In this document: positions 52,268 through 64,000 of the stretch, piece by piece
Layout of the letters: every line of letters begins with the position of its first letter
Position numbering within the stretch: the first letter of the stretch is position 1
Assembly (NCBI GenBank): GCA_951406725.2
Contig: OX597816.1
Location: forward strand, 95,604,001-95,668,000
Reading direction: 5' to 3'
DNA length: 64,000 nt
Source of the DNA: Octopus vulgaris
Lineage: Eukaryota
Translations under genes and position numbers: made by a program
Notes under the pieces: generated by a model
The model's database searches: none
Seen by the model: only the letters and a program-made list of their open reading frames with translations
Told to the model about the DNA's origin: nothing

Positions 52268-52393
52268 GGACGACGGCCTTCTTTCAGTTTCCGTCTGCCA
52301 AATCCACTCACAAGGCTGTGGTCGGCCACGCAGTGGTACTTGAACCCGGAACCATGTGGTCGGTAAGCAAGCTACTTACCACACAGCCACTCC
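52040..52393 (-). mobile_element. SINE family A with internal deletion
   Basis: Ends CTACTTACCACACAGCCACTCCT; same blocks as 31924-32288. Confidence 0.8.
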
Positions 52394-52570
52394 TCGTTTT
52401 GTTTTTCTGTTTTCTCCCGTTCTTACACGAAGTTGGGGAAACAAGTGTTAACATGACCTTTGTGAAAAACCAATTAGCCCATACATTCCACCAGCCAACG
52501 TTATACAGTACCGGCCCATAATATAAGACAGCGATTATAAGGAACTTGTCCTCTTAGAATTCTTTCAACC

Positions 52571-52644
<74 letters not shown>

Positions 52645-53695
52645 ATATATATATATGTCTAACTGTCCGTTTCTCTGTCTATCACTGTATATGTATGTGT
52701 GTGTATGTATGTATGTATGTATGTATGTATGTATGTATGTATGTATGTATGTATGTATGTATGTATGAATGTACGTATGTATGTGTGTAGGTATGAGCGT
52801 ATGTATATAAATGTGTGTATGTATGCATGTATGTATGTATGTATGTATTTATTTGTATGTATTGTGCTGTGTGCATGTATGTGCACTGTGTATATTCATG
52901 CGTGTATGTATACTCGAAAATACTGCAAGAGGAAACGCGTGTGATATAAATGCATCATATTTCACCCATTGCGAAATTTTGCGTGCCTGTGTGTGCGTGC
53001 GTGTGTGTGTGTGTGCGTGTGTGTTTGTGTGTGTGTTTGTGTGTGTGCCTGTGTGTGTATGCGTGTGTGCGGGTGTGGAAGTGTGCGTGTGTGTGCACAG
53101 TAGCTACCGAGGCCACCCACGTGTCTCCAAATGTGATCAGTCTCCCTCACAAGTGTCTTCAAAGAAATTTCTACTCAAGACATCGTTATCCATTTTCTAA
53201 TGAGCTTCGCTTGCTTCGTGTTGATTTTCATTATTACTTCGTTACAGCCTACTCTTTTTCTATATGGATAGTAAGAAGACTTCTGAGCAAGATTTTTCTC
53301 TCTTTTAAGTAGAAAAATAAAACAAAATATTAAGAACTAATTTCTTTCTTTGCAATTATTTTCCATACTGAATTTAATGTTCAGGGTTAGCATTTTTGGC
53401 TCCTCTGATTTGTAAAACTGTTCTTTCGTGTGGTCTTAAATTTAAACTGAAAAATGTACGAAATGTTGTAAACATCTCTTACGTTTGGAAAAAAATAAAT
53501 AAATGAAGCTGATATTAAATTGAATTTTGAAAATAACTACAGAAGATACGATATATATAAAAACATCACTAAGAAGAGAAAGAGTGTTTCGTAAGGTTTA
53601 TTCCTCTTGCAGAGGGAAAGGCAAAATCACAGTATCAGATCTTATGCAGACTTGTTTATAATAACAACAACAATAACAACAACAAAAACAACAAC

Positions 53696-53802
<107 letters not shown>

Positions 53803-53880
53803 GGCGCTTTAACAGTACATTAATATTAAGTTGGATATAAAGATTCCATCACTAAAATTTAATATGCATACATACATACT

Positions 53881-53947
<67 letters not shown>

Positions 53948-55697
53948 ATGTATGTATGCATGCATAAGTATATTGATATAAAAATGAGCAAAGAGAAACA
54001 TCTGAAAGTCGCCAGTGACATATATTTGAGCAATGCAGAAGAATCAGGAGATAATATATGCGTACGTAGGGGAAACAAACACACGCGTGCAGTTGCGAGC
54101 ATATGTATGTTCCTGTATGTGCAAGCAATTGTAAATTTTGACAAATGTACAAATACACACGCGTGCGTATCCCCTTACACACAGAAGCGCACACATACAT
54201 GAATCACTTATAAGGTATATATTTGCGCATTCTACTTCAGATTCTTTATGTTGTTATAGAAAGAGTTATAAAATTCCAGATTCATATTATTGATGTGTTC
54301 CAACCCATTGACCATTCTTGCAAAGTATTCATATCGTAACATTACTAAAGGAATGTAAGTAATTTTTTTATAACCTAGTTTGGTTTTGGCTCTTAAAGAT
54401 AAATATTGATGAGTAAAATAAGAATTAACGAAACTGTTCCCATGCTTTCATTTTGTAGTATAGTTTAGTGTCTTTGTATATTGAATGCTGGATTTTAGAT
54501 ATAAATTCAGATTGACAGATATCGTATTTTATGATAGAAATAACGATATAAAGCTGAATTGATAGTGAATATATTGGTTTTATCAAATCGAGTGGCCCAA
54601 TTAGCTTCTGTTTGCAGGTAAATAGAATCTGTAAGAAGGCGTGCGGTGCTAACTTGTCTAATTTAATGATTTTGTTTGTGAGATATATGAGATATATAAA
54701 TTCTATGATAATAAAAAAAGACATAAACCCCATTGACAGTTTATTCCCCATTGAGTCTATTAGACTTTCTAAAATATATTTTATCATTCTGTAATTGATA
54801 AGTAAAATAATATTAGCCGTAGGGAAACTCGCGATTTTTTAGACGAGTTCCTCTCGACTATATGTAACATACATCAAAGTCAATATTGACAGTTTTTTTT
54901 TTTACCTTCGGTTGTTATTGTTGGTTAAACGCAAATGAGACGTGATTGAGCAGAGCTACATTCAAAAGTGTCCCAGTCATGAGTACCCTTTTATATTAGA
55001 GTACGTCTAAAATAATCAATACGTCCTTCACTTTCTCCAAGAAAGTAGGGTGTGATTTGAGAGAAATATGCTTGCTAATTTCAGCACTTCAAGTGACCAA
55101 GTAGAGTCTCTTTACTCGATTATGATATTTTCTATTGTTTGTGATGGTAAATGTTTCCTTCTGAGATTTGTTTTCTCTTTTGTATAATATATTCAAAATT
55201 TTACCGTCGTCTCCTCTGCCAACTTCTACCTTCCTTACAGGTCATAACCAAAAATAATTATGTATATTCCATAGTAGAAACACAGAAGAAATCCTTTTAT
55301 ACTTATATATCAGGAAGATAAGCATGTTGATCTTGAATGATTATTAATATATTGTATGAAATTAATTGCAACTAATGGAACACATAAATTTCACTAAGCA
55401 TATAAAATATATGTATAAAAACCAACTTATACATTTATATTTATGTCACTGCTGTACATAAGGACATGGACGACATTCGCTTCCAGGGCCTTTACCTGAA
55501 GGAATATTTTAAGGGCAAACTTTATTAGCAAAACCACGTCACGCTGGGCACTAAATGACGTTCGCGAATTGACCGAGCGCACAATGTTCCTAAAGGTCAG
55601 CAATATTCTTCCTCGGTCACGAGTGCACGGCCATCATGTATATATGTATGCATTTTTTATTGTATGTATATATGTATGTTCATGTATAGGATTGCAA

Positions 55698-55744
<47 letters not shown>

Positions 55745-56956
55745 TCTTTTCCTCTATCTCTTAACATATCATATATACGTACATACATATACACACGTGT
55801 AAATATAATCCGAGATTTAGTTTTGTCTTTGCTCGACAAGAAGCCTAAATTATTGCTATAGTAATGAACTTATAACCATAATTTTTAATGTGTTGAAGGT
55901 GGAAATCTAATTATTTAATACTATTACAGTTGTTTATATTGTTTATCTCTGATTTTGGCCAGAACTGAGGATAACTCGAAACAAGCTTCTCTCATTTTAG
56001 ATCTCGTTAGCGAAGAATAGTTTGTTCATCACTGGCAAATTAATAAGACACTCTACCTTGTTATACAATAGCGTATAGGAATAAATGTCACAAGGCATCG
56101 TAATCATTGCCGGTATTATACAACGACGCAATCGATGCCAAAAATAGATCAAGTACTTCTTATGAAACTGAAGGTAGTCAGGAATAAAACTAATAAATAT
56201 AATACTTAATCGGTAAGGATAATTAAATGAATATTAGTTTAATGTTCAATGGCAGATGTTGATTTAATCTAATATCAGCCATTATGGCCGACAATTCCAG
56301 ACGTTTTTGTTATTATGAGACTTCTTCAGTGAAGCATAACCCTGTCCGTACTTTCTATGTTATTGATAAAAGAATCACTGTCTCACTATATCGGTGAATA
56401 ATGTACAGGATGCAGTATTAAAAACAACATACAATATATTCTTTTTAGCAACTGTATATCCTTTAGTTTGTTTTAGACAGCTCACTGTAGTGCAGTCTTT
56501 AAATGTGTTTCGTCAGAAATACAATTTTGAGATTAGCAAGTCTATGCAAGTACAATTACACTACACCCGCTTCATAAAACATGAAAGAATATAAAGAAGT
56601 TCAAACACATACAAAAGAATTATATGTGCGTGCACACAGTTGTTCACACGTATATAGTACGTATGAAGACATATATATCTGTACGAATATAACCACTTTT
56701 ACTAGCTAAACGGTTAACAGCGACTTCGATGTATCGTTGTATAGTGGCTTTCTCAGTCCTGGAATATTTTATGTATTATTTTACATATGAAGCCACACAT
56801 CAATATATTCATAAGCGAGTGTCTTTGAATATATATTTATAAATATTCATACAATCATATACACATATACTTATATACATATATATATATACAAATATAT
56901 ATATATATATGCATAGTTACATATATATACACATATACATGCATAGATACACACAC

Positions 56957-57041
<85 letters not shown>

Positions 57042-57092
57042 TGATAGGTAGATAGATAGATAGACAGACAGACAGATATAGATATATATAAT

Positions 57093-57409
57093 GTGAATGT
57101 GCATGGCTCATTGGCTAAGGAAATCAGGCTTACAATCATGAGGTAATGAGTTCGATTACCGGCCTCGGCCGTATGTTGTGTTCTTGAGCAAGACACTTTA
57201 TTTCACGCTGTTCCAGTTCACTTAGCTGTATAAATAAGTTGCGACGTCACTGGTGCCAAGCTGTATCGGCCTTTGCCTATCTCTTGGATAACATCAGCGG
57301 CGTGGAGAGGGGAGGCTGGTATGCATGCGCGACTGCTGGTCTTCCATAAACAACCCTGCCCGGATTTGTGCATCGGAGGGAAACTTTCTTGATGCAATCG
57401 CATCGTCAT

Positions 57410-57410
<1 letters not shown>
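57093..57410 (+). mobile_element. SINE family D
   Basis: Colinear with 42213-42530. Confidence 0.75.
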
Positions 57411-57452
<42 letters not shown>

Positions 57453-58219
57453 CATACATACATACATAAATACACATACATAAATACGCGCACACATGCA
57501 CACACAAGCACACATATATCACCGGATTCAATGTTAAATGACTTAATCAATGCACAGTAAAATGTAAATGTATATACACGTTATACACTGAGACTTCGTT
57601 CGGTCCTACGTGATATATGGCTATGTATGCGGATGTGATAGTAAATTTAGATAAAAACACGCATTTTGCAGCTTGCCTAATTAAATCCTGGTAATTAAAC
57701 CTTAATATAGAATAAAGCGTTCATATGGAAATATATTTATGGATGTCTTGCAGCAAGAAAGTCTAAAATGTAATTGGTTTCTAAACTAACGACAAATGCC
57801 AGCGCACCTTCTTTGGATAGCAACACAAGAGTTGCTTAGATACGACAATTACGTCATTTTAAAACTGGGACGAAATAGAAGATGGATTCATATGTGTCAG
57901 GTAACTTAATGAGTTTCCGTCGTGCTCTAATGAAAATATAATTGATAACTATATGTATAATTAACAGCTCGACTGTTTTGACTCATGCTTATGCGTTTGT
58001 CTGTTTGTCTCTGTCGACTGGTATGTTTGTGTGCGCGAGCACGTATGTGTGTGTATGTGTTAGAGAGAAAAAAATGTGGATCACAATATCTATTTTAACA
58101 AAAAAAATCAGTAGCAAGGATAAATACTATTATCTCACTGCATGATTTATTAAACACAATTCTAGCAGTCTATCTATGGTGTTTTATCAACTTGCAAATA
58201 TCTTCACAAACTATTATCT

Positions 58220-58405
58220 TGATCCTTTTGGTGCCGAGGTGGGATAGTCGGTTACATTGAATCTAGTGTTCAACTGGTACTATTTTATTGACCCCGAAAG
58301 TATGAAAGGCAAAGTCAGCATCGGCAGAATTTGAAGTTAGATTGTAAAGACAGACGAAATGCCGCTAAGCATTTTGTTTGGCATGGTAACGATTCTGCCA
58401 GCTCG
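58220..58405 (-). mobile_element. SINE family B
   Basis: CAACTGGTAC...GACCCCGAAAGTATGAAAGGCAAAGTC...GACGAAATGCCGCTAAGCATTT. Confidence 0.75.
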
Positions 58406-58427
58406 CTGTTTTATCTTGATGGTTTTT

Positions 58428-59675
58428 AATAGGTCGTCATGTATGAAATTTGTAGTAAGGTATATGGTAAACTGACAGCTGCTCATTTTCCGCCGTTATT
58501 ATATTTTGACAATATGTTTTGTTAAAAAGCTGACACATCTATTTCTTTACCTATCTCATTTTGTGCTTTATAAAGTATTTATACATCGTTTTGCGCTATT
58601 TTTGTTTAGAGTCGGAAATTCGTACACTTGTGAAATATGAGTTCTTTCTTGGAAATACAACATCACAGACATCCCGGAATATTAATGGAGTATTTCGTTC
58701 TAATGTTATTACACAGCAGGCAGTACTGGTTTGCAAAATTTCGTTCTGGTAACTTTGACCTCACAAATGAGCAGTGCGGTTGACCAGAAACAAAGGTGGA
58801 TAATGACGAACCGAAAACCACCGTCGAGTCAAATCCATCTCAAAGTGCTCGTGAAATATCGTTGTTGTTTGGTGTTAACAAGCAAACAATATTGACTCAC
58901 CTAGTACAAATCAGTAAAGTGAAAAGTTGGATAAGTGGATTCCACGTGTACTGAATGAAAATCAGAAACAGCAACGTTTGGAAGACTGCATTGTGCTACT
59001 TTCTCGTCATAAAAAGGAAGCATTTTTGAATCGAATTGTAGTTTGTGATGAGAAATGGATCCAATACAACAACTGTAAACGTTCAGCACAATGGTTGGAC
59101 AAAGACGAGCCACCAAAACACAGTCCAAAAAATCAAAATTCATCAAAAGAAGCTGATAGTGTGTGTTTGATGGTCTGGTGCAGGGGTGATCCATTATGAT
59201 TTCATAAAAGCTGGCTCATCAATCAAGGCCGAAGTATACTGCATCCAACTGGACTAAATGATGCACAAACTTATAAAAAACATAAAAAAGCAGCCTAGAT
59301 TTGTCAACAGATCCACTCCAATTTTATTGCAAGACAACGGCAGACAACACATCGCAAAACGGACATTGGCGAAACTACAGGAGTTGGATTTGGAAGTTCT
59401 CCATCATCCACCATACTCACCTGATCTTGATCCCGTTGACTACCACTTCTTCCAGAACTTGGATAACATTTTGATAGGAAAAAATTCCGACGATGCTGTA
59501 AAACAGGCCTTCCAAGATTTTATTGATTCTAGATTGTCAAACTTTTACAGTTCCGGGCTGGACAAGCTGCCGCTGCACTGGCAAAATTGTATTGACAATA
59601 TGGGTGCATACTTTGATGAATAAAACTATTCCTTGTATTTATGAAATATTAGCAAACTTTACTTTCTTTCCTATA
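58428..59675 (+). mobile_element. Near full-length mariner (DD34D) transposon, transposase pseudogene ~58600-59623
   Basis: HTH EIRTLVKYEF...; KWIPRVL (WVPHEL motif); IVVCDEKWIQYNN; LLQDNGRQH; HPPYSPDLDPVDYHFF. Stops and frameshifts; TIRs decayed. Confidence 0.9.
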
Positions 59676-59944
59676 ATATATAGATAATAGATGATTAGAG
59701 AACGAATAACATTTTCATTCGATGTAGGGTGAATATCATATATACTAACGTGTGCAGCGCCCTAAAATACATGAACACATACTTATCTCTTTAATTTTCT
59801 CTCTCTCACTCTCGTCTCTTTCCTATCTCTTTCTCTCTTCCTCACACACACTCTCTCTCCCCCTATTCCTGTACATACATATGCACACTTACAAACACAC
59901 ACGCACACACACACACATACACATAGTTTCATACATATTTGCAT

Positions 59945-60082
<138 letters not shown>

Positions 60083-61896
60083 CTGAGGTCGGAGAAGATG
60101 ACTAGCAGTTTCCACCTTATGACATTCAATAATTGATTAATTATATTTCAAGTTTTCTTGTTGTTGCTGTTTCTACTGTTTAGCCACAAGCCATCTTGAT
60201 GAAGCAAGCATACCAATGAGTAACAAAATTCCGCAGATAAACATTCCGTTACCTTTTCAGATGTAGCATATCGCGTGTCCATCATTTTTTTGTGGTGGTA
60301 TTATATGATTTGGTGATTATATTTAGCACATAGATGGTCCTCATTTGTGCACAGGACTACGAGTTAATGTTTATGCATTTCTATTTTAATTTATGACAAT
60401 TGACATCTCATTTGCAACCTTTATTTACATAATTTTGTGCGAGATTTGGCAAAACCTTTTGTTCAAAAATATGGCTGAAAAAATCAGAAATCGCAGCATT
60501 CAATAACAAACCAGTTTCTTATCTTGAGTCTTTCGATTAATAAGGTGACTTACCATGCTTTACTTCATTTGAGTAACACCAAATATTTGGATAGGATCTT
60601 TTACTGTATGTCCATCCTGCTTTCGATTTACACCATTTAATGTTCAATTTCATCCTACTGTATTTGATAACAGCGTATTACTACCAGCATTATACTGAGT
60701 TTTATTTGATCAAATTTAGTTCTATCTCTCACGTACAAAAGCTTTTATTTACTGGCAAAGCATCTTAACTTTACTGATTCTGTGCGATATTCACTTCTTT
60801 TTACTTAATCCACAGTCGTACGTGAGGAATGTGGGGATATCAGGAATTGAATTACCTTAACTTGTGAATTCGATTCCTCCTGCTTAAGTAAAGAAATTGC
60901 TTTACAGCTTTAGAAATATGCATCAGTCAACTTGACTTCAAACAATTAGATATGAAGTTCGTCTGGGTAGCAAGTTAGGTCACGTATTTTAGACAAAATA
61001 TCTAACTTTCATTGCACGAATGTTCATATTCTGTTAAGAACAAAAAGCAATAAACAAAAACATGTATATGCATTATTGTAACAAACATGAATTCGAAATA
61101 TCATATACTAGAGAAATACTTTCCCAAAAGAATACAAATTGATGAAATGTGTTATAATAATGTAGCTGGAAGCTTTCGCTTTTCAGTATAACGCTCGTTA
61201 CTACAGTTTTGAACCTCTAGCCATTTAGTAAAAGTATTCTATTCCTGGGTGTGTGGAAATCACATACAACAGCTATAGAATTGCACCTTTTTTATCGATA
61301 TTATATTTTATTCTATATTATCATTTGTAAAAGGTCTCTCAAGGCAACCAAATAATGGCTATATCAGAAGAACATAGCTACAATCCTATGCATTTACATA
61401 TTTTCACTTCAGCAAAAACAGTATAAATTGCATCAATAATAATGGTTTTTCTTGCTTACAACAGAGTGGCCATTGCTGGACAATGCGAAGCCGGAATATA
61501 GTTCGGAACTTTTACAAGTTAGTTACAAGAAATACATATACATGCAATAAAAGGAAAATACAAATTGCTATAGTTTATCCTTTGCTCCTGTCAGTCATCG
61601 AACTGTAACCATGCTGGGGTACTCCTTGAAGGTGTTTTTTAATCGAACAGATTGACTCCCGTACTGATTGTTAAGTCCGCTACTTACTATATGGCATTGT
61701 TTGTCGAACCGCTTGAATAAAGAAACATAAACAAACCAACACTTGTTCAGTGATGGAGAGGGAAAACATACACACAAAGGCAAGCACACACATACACACG
61801 CACGCACACGCAAACACACGCACGCACACGCAAACACACGCACATACACAGACGCACAAGCACTCACAGATATTATACATATATACAGATGTATAC

Positions 61897-61994
<98 letters not shown>

Positions 61995-62118
61995 GAGAGG
62001 TAATTAATAAATTATTATTTATTAATTGAATTGAAAAATTGACAAACATCCCTTAAGGATGTTTGTCAATTTATTAGACTTTTTTAATTAATAAATAATA
62101 ATTTATTAATTACCTCTC
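61995..62118. repeat. AT-rich palindrome centred on CCTTAAGG
   Basis: GAGAGGTAATTAATAAATTATT ... AATTGACAAACATCC|CTTAA|GGATGTTTGTCAATT ... AATAATTTATTAATTACCTCTC. Confidence 0.85.
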
Positions 62119-62252
62119 CATTTTCTCATATTAAAATAAATAAACATATACAAACCACGGTTTATATAGTTACCTTGCAGTTGAATATTGAATGTAATGT
62201 TCAATATTCTTTGAATAGGTATCTAACCTAGTACTTTCATAGGATGTTGTTA

Positions 62253-62693
62253 GGATCTTTACTGTGTGAACGGCAGTTTTCTAGCGGTGTCATATGAAAT
62301 TGTCACCCATAGTTATGACCCTAGTATCGAGCTATTGCTTTTCAATCTGTTTTAGGGTTAAGTATAGTTAGGGTTAGTTAGGGTTAGGGTTAGGGGTGGG
62401 GGGAAGGGTATCTTTTTTCTTCACAAATGTAAATAAACCCAATCTGTTTCTTAAACGAGGGACATATTCATACGTCACAGAATGTTTTTTTACCTCAATA
62501 GACGTCACTGATTGGTTGAAATTGCAGAAATTGAAGAAAAAAACAACAAATATCTTACAAACTATAGAATTTTCTCAATAAAGCCAAGAGAAAAAGATGT
62601 TTTATAAACACATTCTGCCAGTATACGAAGTTTAAAAGTGTTTAGTTACGTAGAAATTATTTTAGAAAACTGCCGTTCAAACCGAAAAGATCA
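62253..62693. mobile_element. MITE with ~27-bp TIRs and internal (TTAGGG)n
   Basis: GATCTTTACTGTGTGAACGGCAGTTTT ... AAAACTGCCGTTCAAACCGAAAAGATC; TTAGGG repeats at ~62351-62395. Confidence 0.75.
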
Positions 62694-63318
62694 TTTTGCA
62701 ATACCTTAATGAGGTTTGCAACTTTGAATTATGCTTATAAATATGTAGTGGCTTCATGCAGGCATAGCATGGATCCGATCATCGATCGCCAAATTTCACT
62801 TAACAGTACAACAGGACTTTTCTCACGGTAAAACAATAGGTTTTCTGTACGATGCCTTCACAAATCTGACTGTCTTTGCCACTTGACCCTTCTAACCTCT
62901 GCTAAGCCATAACAGACCCCCAGCGAAATTTATTGTTCTCAACAATGTCTCTCTTTCATCCCCACGCCACACACAACCTATGACACAATAAGATCCCCAT
63001 AAACTGATAATTATATGAAACTAATACAATACACAGATAAATAAATAGAATTAAATAATTATATATATAAACAAAATAAAATAGATTAAATTAAAGTAAA
63101 TTAAATAAACATCAATAATTTGGGGGATACTGATAATACAGGTATCATACACATTCCCATACACACACATACTAAACATAGACATACAGGGATATACGCA
63201 TGCGCAAATAAAGACACACAGGATTATACGCATGCGCAAATAAAGGCACATACAACAGGAATACAAAATTGCAGATCGTTGGTAAGAGAAGACACAAAAC
63301 AGAAAGAAGAAAGCAAAG

Positions 63319-63362
63319 GACCACTGATGAGGTCTTAGAAGTGTGACGAAAGTACTCTGGTC
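63319..63362 (+). ncRNA. Minimal type I hammerhead ribozyme (Penelope-type, palindromic stem III)
   Basis: GACCA-CTGATGA-G-GTC-TTAGAAGTGT-GAC-GAAA-GTAC-TC-TGGTC: stem I GACCA/TGGTC, stem II GTC/GAC, stem III palindrome AGTACT, predicted cut after 63357. Confidence 0.8.
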
Positions 63363-63464
63363 GAAATACAATTAAAATAATATAAAGCTGAAGTGAACAC
63401 TAAATATAATGTGCGTGTGTTTTCATTGGCTAAACTGGCAACATGACCATCCCCAAATACAACA

Positions 63465-63499
<35 letters not shown>

Positions 63500-63502
<3 letters not shown>

Positions 63503-64000
63503 TAGGTCTGATGAATAAGTATCCAGACTGTTGTCCCCATAGTAACGAAGCTAAAGCACGCAGAATCAAGCCGCTTGATACAGATTGACCTTGGAATCTG
63601 ATGTGCGTGCGCACTACGTTTTAACATTCTAGCTCACATCTACTGCTTATAGCAGTACATGGAAAGAACGTGTGTAGCATGTGATCGTCGCATTGACCAT
63701 GAAAAAGTTGCCATGGTGATACCTGCTCAGAGTTCTACAGAAAGTATATGGAGAGGAGTATATGAGCTGCACAAAAGTTTACGAGTGGTTCAGATGTTTC
63801 GAAGATGGTCGAAAATGTGACAAACGTTCTGGGAGACCAGTAACCGGCAGAACTGAGAAAAACATTGTAGTTGTGCGTGCAGCTCTGACGGAAATCGTCG
63901 AATAACCATCCATGAGTTATCAGAGGATGTGTAGATTAGTTACGGTTCAGTCCAGTTCATTGTCACTGAAGATTTAGGTATAAGCCATGTGTCCGCCAAG
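63500..64000 (+). mobile_element. 5' part of a second mariner-family element (runs off the window)
   Basis: TIR-like TACTAGGTCTGATGAATAAGTATCCAGACTG next to (TA)n; decayed HTH LQKVYGEEYMSCTKVYEWFRCFEDGR..KRSGRP...RITIHELSEDV.ISYGSVQFIVTEDLG. Confidence 0.8.

Noticed and set aside
62351-62400. Chromosome end or fusion scar
   Set aside because: Only a few TTAGGG units, lying inside a TIR-bounded element.

Overview
AT-rich, microsatellite-dense animal DNA with no recognisable host exon. The repeat repertoire looks like an octopus/cephalopod intergenic or intronic region (inference). Almost everything interpretable is mobile DNA: R4/Dong-clade fragments in (AAT)n tracts, a decayed R4-clade element, several tRNA-derived SINE families, a 5S rRNA pseudogene, Penelope-type termini with minimal hammerhead motifs, an AcademX-like remnant, two mariner remnants and several MITEs/fold-backs. 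The most interesting locus is a HERO-clade RLE non-LTR retrotransposon (25168-30713, minus), present as a full unit plus a directly fused extra ~0.9-kb copy of its 3' end. Both 3' UTRs carry every hammerhead ribozyme core element (GUC, CUGAUGA, GAAA) in six predicted helices, but in a non-canonical pseudoknotted strand order. The 5' UTR carries five hairpins that share a GAAAGA loop on different but still complementary stems. This suggests a ribozyme-processed, possibly circular RNA intermediate, which is untested. A young GC-rich RTE fragment inserted into the HERO RT (6-bp TSD) creates a chimeric 721-aa ORF. Family names come from motif recognition by eye; no searches or folding programs were run.
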